Positions 8,014 through 14,344 of a stretch of DNA of 22,365 bases are shown one piece after another; within the stretch, counting starts at the first letter, position 1, and every line of letters begins with the position of its first letter. This stretch comes from a virus. The position numbers were made by a program, and so were the translations under genes. The notes beneath the pieces are model-generated. The model saw nothing but the letters and a program-made list of their open reading frames with translations. It had not been told where the DNA came from and ran no database searches. Location: UHGV virus genome UHGV-1636268. One strand, written 5' to 3'.

Positions 8014-8190
8014 TTACTTATTAAACATTTTACCAGAACCACCACACATAGGGCAACATCCTGCCCTTATGTACCCCTCTCCATTACAGTAGTCACATTT
8101 TTTGTGCTCTGCAAAGTACTTACAAAGGAGGTAAACAAATACTGCTACACTACCAAGTGACAGTAAAATTTCTATCCAATATGCTTGCAT
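8014..8190 (-). CDS. Unannotated small ORF (58 aa): membrane-anchored protein with two DnaJ-type CxxCxGxG zinc-finger motifs
   Basis: Translated by hand: MQAYWIEILLSLGSVAVFVYLLCKYFAEHKKCDYCNGEGYIRAGCCPMCGGSGKMFNK. One hydrophobic helix, then CDYCNGEG and CPMCGGSG. ATG at 8190..8188 preceded by GAGGTGA SD; stop TAA at 8016..8014. Below the 60-aa cutoff of the ORF track. Confidence 0.4.
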   Translation of the reverse strand: MQAYWIEILLSLGSVAVFVYLLCKYFAEHKKCDYCNGEGYIRAGCCPMCGGSGKMFNK

Positions 8191-8507
8191 GACTCACCTC
8201 TCATATTCTTGTAAAGGATAAAGCTTCTGTCATGAACGATACTTGTAGATACTGCAAAGTTACTTTCAAGCATCTGTTTGTTTGGATTGTAGAAGCTTTC
8301 TTTAAACTCGTCAAGTGCAAATTGGTGATGTTGTGGAAGACCTTTTACACAAACCTTTATTGTGATTGCTGCTGCAACCTTGCCAGCCAGTTCTTCTTTA
8401 GCTGCTACTAAAATTTTGTTAAGAAACTTATGACCATCTTCATGCTTCTTGATGTTCTCCCAACGTTCTTCTAAGACAATGTTGATGTTCATTTCTTTGA
8501 TTTTCAT
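8172..8507 (-). CDS. Hypothetical protein (111 aa)
   Basis: ATG start with GGAG SD 7 nt upstream, directly after the terminator at 8525-8545; no recognisable motif. Confidence 0.5.
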   Translation of the reverse strand: MKIKEMNINIVLEERWENIKKHEDGHKFLNKILVAAKEELAGKVAAAITIKVCVKGLPQHHQFALDEFKESFYNPNKQMLESNFAVSTSIVHDRSFILYKNMRGESCKHIG

Positions 8508-8524
8508 AGTCTTCTCCAGAAATT

Positions 8525-8545
8525 AAAAAGGCTCCCGTAGGAGCC
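8525..8545 (-). terminator. Rho-independent terminator (GGCTCC-cgta-GGAGCC hairpin + T5)
   Basis: Perfect 6-bp stem 8530-8535/8540-8545; A-run 8525-8529 gives TTTTT on the minus strand; 16 nt after the NAMPT-like gene stop. Confidence 0.6.
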
Positions 8546-8560
8546 TCTTATCATATACTT

Positions 8561-10342
8561 TTAAAGCTGCTTGTCAATATTATTTCGAATATCACCAAGA
8601 GTTGTGTAACCGAACTGCTCAGAGTCGCTAAAGACTAGACGCAAAGCACAAGCTGGGTGTTCAAGTGCATCTGCAAAGCTCTGGAACCCATAGCCATCTA
8701 CAGCTTTCAGATTTTCACAATCCCACATAGGTGCTACACCACCAAAAGCAGACTTCTTAACACCACTATCTGTTTTAGGGTCTTTTGCAAGCATAATCTC
8801 TTTACCACCAATGCTTGCAAGAGTTGCTTTGACAGCAAATGCAAAGGTGTCACGAGTCATGTACTGGTAAGTGTAAGAACCTACACCAAACACTACGTTA
8901 GAGCTTGCAAAACCAATTTCATACAAACGCTTCAGTATTTCGTTTGCACGTTCCAACGTGATAGAGTCGCCATAAATAAGCCCGATATGCTCATCCAGTA
9001 CTTTAAAACCTTTAGAGTTGATAGTTCCTCCAAAGATGTTATACAGTGTCTTAATAGCTCCATCAATCTCCGCTACAGGACGTGTTACAACGTTTGCAGA
9101 GCCGTTGATGTAAGCATCTTTCAGCAACACTGTATCGGCTACTTCAAAGTCTTCTCTGTCAACAACCATTTCGTAGCCTTCTGACAGTAGCCATCCAGCA
9201 ATACCATAGTTAATGTTTTCAAGCTTCATGTTCAGGACAGAGTTCAGCATTGTATCACTTGCCTCTAGCTTGCTTAGGTGCTCGTAATAAGCCTTTTTAG
9301 CACACTCTAAGTGGATTGCTTTGTAACCTGTGACAATATGTACAGGGTCTCCAGAGTCAGGGCGAATTACCAGTTTACCATCACGTTCCATAATTTCTTT
9401 ACGGAGTGCTGGTAAGATTTCTGACACAGTTCTCCAGAAGTTATAAGTATCTGAAACAACACTTGCAATACCAGTTGGGTAAGTTTCTGTTAAGAAACGA
9501 CGGAAGGTTTGTAACTCACCTTTAAAGCGTCTTTCTTCTTCAATCAACTCATTACCACCTTCCCAAGCAATGTTTGCACACATTACAGAGTGCTCAGTGG
9601 CTGGTACAGAGCTACCAATATCAGAGATTGGGTAAGACTGTCCATAGATTCGTTTAGCCGTATACACAGCAGGGAAGCTATCAGTTCCTTTAAAGCTGGT
9701 TAAGTGGCCTACAGCGTTAAATGCGTCATCAGTAAAGCCGGACATACCACGCATAGCAAAGTCATGGCACTGATAAGGTAAATGTAAGTCGTTGTCGCAA
9801 GTAAGGTCAGCCCACTTCTTACAGATGCGTTTATAATGCAATGCAATAGTTGCAATGGTACAAGCCTTCCAAATCTCAGCAGAGAAAGCATCTTCCAGAT
9901 ACCCCGCTACCCAATGGAAACCTGAAACAGTGTTCTGGAAGACAATCATTGGGACACGCATAGGGACAACTGTACCTTCTTCTACCGCGTATACTTCAAC
10001 TGGTAGATAACCTAAGTCGTGAAGTGCTTCCCAATGCTCTCGACCGATAGCATCTTTACCCAGAACACCATTCATGACTTCTAAGATTTCGTCAATTGCT
10101 TCTTTTTTATCACGTTCAAAGAAAGTGGCGTTCCAGTGGTCTATCAAGTAATCTTTAACAAAACGTTGAATACCAAAAGCCACTACACCGTCAATTGCTA
10201 AAGGGCTGTTAAACCATTTGTCACTACGTGGTGTCAGGTTGAACATCAAGTATTCTGTTGCACTAGGGTACTGGTAAACATGGCCAGACTTGTAAGCATC
10301 CGCGTTTAAACCTGCTGGTACTGCATAAAGTGATTTAGTCAT
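8561..10342 (-). CDS. nadV: Nicotinamide phosphoribosyltransferase (NAMPT/NadV) family protein; candidate nicotinamide ADP-ribose transferase (Namat-type) given its Prs-like partner
   Basis: N-terminus NADAYKSGHVYQYP parallels the NAMPT N-terminal signature (human ATDSYKVTHYKQYP, recalled). ATG start verified. At 593 aa it is ~100 aa longer than the ~490-aa canonical enzyme. Lies directly downstream of the Prs-like gene. Confidence 0.8.
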   Translation of the reverse strand: MTKSLYAVPAGLNADAYKSGHVYQYPSATEYLMFNLTPRSDKWFNSPLAIDGVVAFGIQRFVKDYLIDHWNATFFERDKKEAIDEILEVMNGVLGKDAIGREHWEALHDLGYLPVEVYAVEEGTVVPMRVPMIVFQNTVSGFHWVAGYLEDAFSAEIWKACTIATIALHYKRICKKWADLTCDNDLHLPYQCHDFAMRGMSGFTDDAFNAVGHLTSFKGTDSFPAVYTAKRIYGQSYPISDIGSSVPATEHSVMCANIAWEGGNELIEEERRFKGELQTFRRFLTETYPTGIASVVSDTYNFWRTVSEILPALRKEIMERDGKLVIRPDSGDPVHIVTGYKAIHLECAKKAYYEHLSKLEASDTMLNSVLNMKLENINYGIAGWLLSEGYEMVVDREDFEVADTVLLKDAYINGSANVVTRPVAEIDGAIKTLYNIFGGTINSKGFKVLDEHIGLIYGDSITLERANEILKRLYEIGFASSNVVFGVGSYTYQYMTRDTFAFAVKATLASIGGKEIMLAKDPKTDSGVKKSAFGGVAPMWDCENLKAVDGYGFQSFADALEHPACALRLVFSDSEQFGYTTLGDIRNNIDKQL

Positions 10343-10389
10343 CTTTTAATCTCTCTCTCAAAATGGGTCTTTCAAGCCCCTATAAAGTT

Positions 10390-11271
10390 TCAATCAAGGT
10401 TTGCTACAGTAACTTGACTGTAATGTGTTAAGCCACGGTCTTTAGCTTCGCCTAAAGAGTTTGTAGTGTAAATATGGTCGATACCATTGTCAAGAAGGTT
10501 TTCAACATCTTTAGAGAAGATACCATGTGTTACATAAAGCTCTACACGTTTTGCACCTGCTTCACGTAGGTGTTTAGCTGCCTCTACGAAGGTTCGACCA
10601 CCATCACAGATATCATCAAGAATCATGACGGTTTTATCGGTCAAATCAACATCGTCAAGGATTCGCATACCAGTGATTTCTCCAGTCTTAAGATTTCGCA
10701 CCTTAGACATTGTGATATATGGTTTATCCACCTCTTTAGCAGTCTCTGCAATCTTCTTAGAAGCACCTGCATCTGGGGCTACTAAGTAATCAATCAGAGG
10801 GTCATTTGCGTAATGGACTGCAATCTCCTTTTGAGGAATACTCTGGAAGCAATTGAAAAGGTTATCTGGAACGTAACTATGAGGGTCAACTGCACAGACT
10901 GCATCAAAACCCATTGCATTAACCTGTTGTGCAAACACTTTCAAAGCTGCTGCATCACCTTTAAACATGTGACGGTCGTAACGTGCATTTGGCAAATAGT
11001 AAAAGATAGCAGTCTTCATAGCAAACTTATGAGGTACTAAATCATCAATTGCCTCTTTAGCAAGTGCCACAGCAAATAATGTGTCTTTGTCATAACCCTT
11101 TATAATCATAATCACGTTGTTGATGGATGATGCAGCATAAGCAGTAAAATCAACAAACTCTGGTGAAAAATGTCCACCAATCTCACCAGAAGGAAATTGG
11201 ACGATGTTAAACTCTTCTTCGTGAGTCCCTTTAGTTGGTGAATGAACTGTAACACGGATAGATGTTTTCAT
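10390..11271 (-). CDS. prs: Ribose-phosphate pyrophosphokinase (Prs) family protein; candidate ADP-ribose pyrophosphokinase (Adps-type)
   Basis: Prs-family motifs: YLPNARYDR (cf. E. coli YFGYARQDR), VCAVDPHS (cf. VLTVDLHA), and the PRPP-binding loop VMILDDICDGGRTFVEAAKHLREAGAKRV (cf. [28 protein letters not shown]). Start trimmed to ATG at 11271..11269 (GAGAGA SD); the track's 11286 start is TTG. Confidence 0.8.
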   Translation of the reverse strand: MKTSIRVTVHSPTKGTHEEEFNIVQFPSGEIGGHFSPEFVDFTAYAASSINNVIMIIKGYDKDTLFAVALAKEAIDDLVPHKFAMKTAIFYYLPNARYDRHMFKGDAAALKVFAQQVNAMGFDAVCAVDPHSYVPDNLFNCFQSIPQKEIAVHYANDPLIDYLVAPDAGASKKIAETAKEVDKPYITMSKVRNLKTGEITGMRILDDVDLTDKTVMILDDICDGGRTFVEAAKHLREAGAKRVELYVTHGIFSKDVENLLDNGIDHIYTTNSLGEAKDRGLTHYSQVTVANLD

Positions 11272-11282
11272 AGTTTTGTCTC

Positions 11283-11561
11283 TCAATCAAAGGTTACGTT
11301 TGTTACTGCCATTGCAGATTTGCATTTTACAGGGTCTACAACGTGGTAAAGTACACTACAGTTACCTGTGCTGTCTGGTACAGGTTTTACCCATTGATGC
11401 TTTATAGTTGGCTCTCCTAAGTCTTTGTAAGAACCATCTGTAAAGTTGTTTACCATCTCAAGTGCAATTGGTTCTGGAACATGACCACGTATCATGTACA
11501 TTTCACAACCATTACCACCTTCACTGACTAATGGTAAAATTTCCCACTTCTCTTTAGCCAT
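11283..11561 (-). CDS. Hypothetical protein (92 aa)
   Basis: ATG start; sits directly upstream of the Prs-like gene; no recognisable motif. Confidence 0.45.
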   Translation of the reverse strand: MAKEKWEILPLVSEGGNGCEMYMIRGHVPEPIALEMVNNFTDGSYKDLGEPTIKHQWVKPVPDSTGNCSVLYHVVDPVKCKSAMAVTNVTFD

Positions 11562-12069
11562 TGTAAGTTGCCCTATAAACTGTCTCGAATTTCAACAGGA
11601 GAGATATTGCCAAATCTGTATAGTTATTGTCAAGCACATCTGGCATATTATTTTTGATATATTTCTCTTGCTCTTCGTAGGTCATCTTAGGGATGCTTAG
11701 AAGACTATCACCTTGATTCTGATTATCAAGTTTAGTCTGGATAAACCAGTTTGCACAGTGATGCTCACCACCCTTTGTAACAGGTTTGTGGTGGCCTAAT
11801 GTGAAGGATTGACTACCTGTGTATCTGCAAAGTTTATTGAGCACTGTAATGGTGTTCTTCACAACAAAACATTCATATAGGTTATCTATAGTGTAGTGTG
11901 GGTAATAACGGAATAGTGCTCTTTCACGAGTACTTTCACGATTCCAGAGAATCATGTGATTGGAGTTTGAGGAGTCGTATTGGTGGTAGTCAATGAACTC
12001 TTGACGTTCCTCAAAGCTGAGTCTTAACACTGACATTGCAGCAGAACGTTTCAGATTTGACAGATACAT
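11554..12069 (-). CDS. Hypothetical protein (171 aa) with His/Cys-rich segment GHHKPVTKGGEHHC
   Basis: ATG start with GGAG SD 6 nt upstream, directly after the terminator at 12084-12107; possible metal-binding motif; family not recognised. Confidence 0.5.
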   Translation of the reverse strand: MYLSNLKRSAAMSVLRLSFEERQEFIDYHQYDSSNSNHMILWNRESTRERALFRYYPHYTIDNLYECFVVKNTITVLNKLCRYTGSQSFTLGHHKPVTKGGEHHCANWFIQTKLDNQNQGDSLLSIPKMTYEEQEKYIKNNMPDVLDNNYTDLAISLLLKFETVYRATYNG

Positions 12070-12083
12070 GTTATCTCCAAAAT

Positions 12084-12107
12084 AAAAAGGGAACCTTTAC
12101 AGTTCCC
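12084..12107 (-). terminator. Rho-independent terminator (GGGAAC-7 nt loop-GTTCCC + T5)
   Basis: Perfect 6-bp stem 12089-12094/12102-12107; A-run 12084-12088 gives TTTTT on the minus strand; 14 nt after the stop at 12121. Confidence 0.55.
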
Positions 12108-12120
12108 TTATAGTATCTGC

Positions 12121-12441
12121 TTACTGAGCTACTTTCAAGATTCTTGTGAATGGAATTTCACTTTCTTCCATTAACTCTTTAGTTTCTTTGGTAACTTTCA
12201 CAAAGTTATCTAGGCAGATAATCTTCTTATCTTTCTTGCTATAGGTCAATTTAACCTTTTCAATATCTTTCTCAGAGCTTTTCTCTTCATTGAAGAGTTT
12301 TACAGCCTCTTTGAATGGAAGATATGAGCCATCATTATCACTAATGAATCCTGTACCACAATAGTAGGAGTTATGCTCTCTAGCCATAAACTGGCACAGT
12401 AAGAAAATCTGTAATTTACGAGTGTTATAAACTTTGCTCAT
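12121..12441 (-). CDS. Hypothetical protein (106 aa)
   Basis: ATG-initiated ORF, 2 nt after the upstream stop; no recognisable motif. Confidence 0.5.
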   Translation of the reverse strand: MSKVYNTRKLQIFLLCQFMAREHNSYYCGTGFISDNDGSYLPFKEAVKLFNEEKSSEKDIEKVKLTYSKKDKKIICLDNFVKVTKETKELMEESEIPFTRILKVAQ

Positions 12442-12443
12442 GA

Positions 12444-12710
12444 TTATTTAGCCTTCTTATTACGTTTACGGTTACGAGCTTTCTTAGCTGCTCGTTTAAT
12501 AGCTGCTGCACCAGACGGACGGTGGGATTGTTTCTTACCACCTTTGCCACGGCCTACATAGATGTAAGGCTGCTGTTCAATTTGGCTTGTAAGAACCTGT
12601 GCAACCGCTGAAGCATCTACACCGACCTGCTTTCCAGTCATAGAAACAATTGCTGCTGCTTTTGCCAGTGCCTTCAAGAATCCAGCTTTCATATTACCTA
12701 AAATTCCCAT
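12444..12710 (-). CDS. Small basic protein (88 aa) with Lys/Arg-rich C-terminal tail; possible nucleic-acid-binding or internal virion protein
   Basis: C-terminus RGKGGKKQSHRPSGAAAIKRAAKKARNRKRNKKAK; ATG start with GAGAGAGA SD. Confidence 0.5.
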   Translation of the reverse strand: MGILGNMKAGFLKALAKAAAIVSMTGKQVGVDASAVAQVLTSQIEQQPYIYVGRGKGGKKQSHRPSGAAAIKRAAKKARNRKRNKKAK

Positions 12711-12806
12711 TTTTAGTCTCTCTCATTAAAGTTTAATACAGAACTTATGAAGTTCTTCTTCAGTGATACCAATTGGAGTTATACCTTAGTCCATTTGCCA
12801 GAATAA

Positions 12807-13292
12807 TCACTCTGCTCTCCACTGACAATCACCTTGCCACCCATACTCTTTTCTCCAGAGGTTTTGGTTATCAGAACCACGATATGGTTTAACTGTTGGT
12901 TTAGATGAATCATACTTACCATCAATCACCACGTCAACATATTTCATCACATCAAGGTGAATTTTTTCATGTAACTGAAAACCTGTCCAGAGCCAGATAG
13001 ATTTCTCTGGATAGATTGATTTAACCTTCTGACAAATCTTAGTGACTTCTCCAATGTTACGGTCATCCAATGGTTCTCCACCGAGGATAGACAGCCCACT
13101 TAAAGAGTCATCTTCCAAAAGTCTTAGAATGCCATAAAGGTTTGCATAAGTGAACTCTTTACCAGCATTAAACTTCCAAGACTCCCTGTTAAAGCAGCCT
13201 TCGCAGTGATGCTTACAACCAGCTACGAAGAGGCTTACACGAACCCCTTCACCATTAGCTGTATCAAATGGTCGAATCTCCATGTAATTCAT
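12807..13292 (-). CDS. nrdG: Anaerobic ribonucleotide reductase activating protein (radical SAM)
   Basis: Radical-SAM cysteine triad CKHHCEGC (CxxxCxxC) near the N-terminus; size (161 aa) matches NrdG; anaerobic reductase gene lies upstream in the same strand. Confidence 0.85.
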   Translation of the reverse strand: MNYMEIRPFDTANGEGVRVSLFVAGCKHHCEGCFNRESWKFNAGKEFTYANLYGILRLLEDDSLSGLSILGGEPLDDRNIGEVTKICQKVKSIYPEKSIWLWTGFQLHEKIHLDVMKYVDVVIDGKYDSSKPTVKPYRGSDNQNLWRKEYGWQGDCQWRAE

Positions 13293-13301
13293 CTAGTTAC
13301 C

Positions 13302-13601
13302 TCACCAATACATATAAGTGTTCTGAGCAGCTTTCTTTGGAGACTTGCTATCAATGTCAAAGTCTTCATCTAAGAAGGATGTCTTAGAAAGCTGCCTTAT
13401 TTGTGTTCTTGTAAGACGTTTAGTGGCCTTCTTAATCTCTCTACAAGGCTGGCTTGTAAAGTCGTAAAAGCCACCTTTTCTGGACATCATATCAGAGTGG
13501 TAGTAGACCTCTGAAGCATTTTCTCTGTTACGTACCTCATTTCTCCACTCATAAAATCCATGAACGTTCTTTAAACCTTTTCTTCGAATTGTTTTACTCA
13601 T
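13302..13601 (-). CDS. Hypothetical basic protein (99 aa)
   Basis: ATG at 13601..13599 overlaps the upstream stop as ATGA. Confidence 0.45.
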   Translation of the reverse strand: MSKTIRRKGLKNVHGFYEWRNEVRNRENASEVYYHSDMMSRKGGFYDFTSQPCREIKKATKRLTRTQIRQLSKTSFLDEDFDIDSKSPKKAAQNTYMYW

Positions 13602-13993
13602 TCAAACACCACCTGACAAGGAACCTGTTTAGTAATAAATTCTTCACAGTGCTCTTTAATGAAGTTTTGTAATGGTACACAATCTTGTGCGCAAGTCATT
13701 AGCATAATGTACTCTGGATTCATGATGTTTTCAAGACTGTAGAAGACAATATCGTTAGATAGTTCATGACCGTCTTCTTCAGACCAAGTTCCAGTGACTA
13801 CAGCTAATTTGTCAAGCAATTCATTAGGCAATGCTACACCATCTTCTACAGAATCACTTAGAACATTGTCTCCGATATACAATGTGAAGGTCGTATGGAA
13901 TGTTGAGTATCTTACGTGATTCTTTTCGCAAGAACCACACTCTGAGGCGTAATCTTTAATCCACTCTAACTGTTTTTGGTTTAACTTAATCAT
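13598..13993 (-). CDS. Hypothetical protein (131 aa), Cys-containing
   Basis: ATG at 13993..13991 overlaps the upstream stop as ATGA; contains a CGSCEKNH segment. Confidence 0.5.
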   Translation of the reverse strand: MIKLNQKQLEWIKDYASECGSCEKNHVRYSTFHTTFTLYIGDNVLSDSVEDGVALPNELLDKLAVVTGTWSEEDGHELSNDIVFYSLENIMNPEYIMLMTCAQDCVPLQNFIKEHCEEFITKQVPCQVVFE

Positions 13994-14190
13994 AATTTCA
14001 CCTTAGTTGGTAATGCACTGAATGCTATAGCTAACCCTAAAAATGGTTTGAAGCATGACCATAAATCCATCTGACCATGATATGATAAACTCCATTGTGG
14101 GTCTGAAAAACCCCATACCACAACACTAACCCCAAAGAAGAAGATTAGGATGTGGAGAATGTATATCAACGATTTTGATATTTTAAACAT
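13990..14190 (-). CDS. Small hydrophobic protein (66 aa), predicted membrane protein
   Basis: Two hydrophobic stretches; ATG start; stop coupled by ATGA to the downstream gene, which supports it being real. Confidence 0.4.
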   Translation of the reverse strand: MFKISKSLIYILHILIFFFGVSVVVWGFSDPQWSLSYHGQMDLWSCFKPFLGLAIAFSALPTKVKL

Positions 14191-14344
14191 TTTAACTTGC
14201 CTCTTAATTCACAATAAGAGAGTCCTAAAAAGAACCCTAGTAAGACAGAACCTATGAATAGGCCAATGATGTTCTCTGCCATATCTAACATCCAATAAAA
14301 AAGGTGATGTAAGCCTATCAAGACTCACACCACCATGTCAAGTT

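Noticed and set aside
9709-9891. Minus-strand ORFs in alternative frames inside large genes (9709..9891, 19030..19212, 19450..19638, 20179..20421)
   Set aside because: Fully embedded in the NAMPT-like and nrdA coding sequences in other frames; no independent support.
12740-12756. AT-rich hairpin AGAACTT-atg-AAGTTCT downstream of nrdG
   Set aside because: The stem has only 2 GC pairs, the loop is 3 nt, and there is no T-run on the minus strand; too weak to call a terminator.
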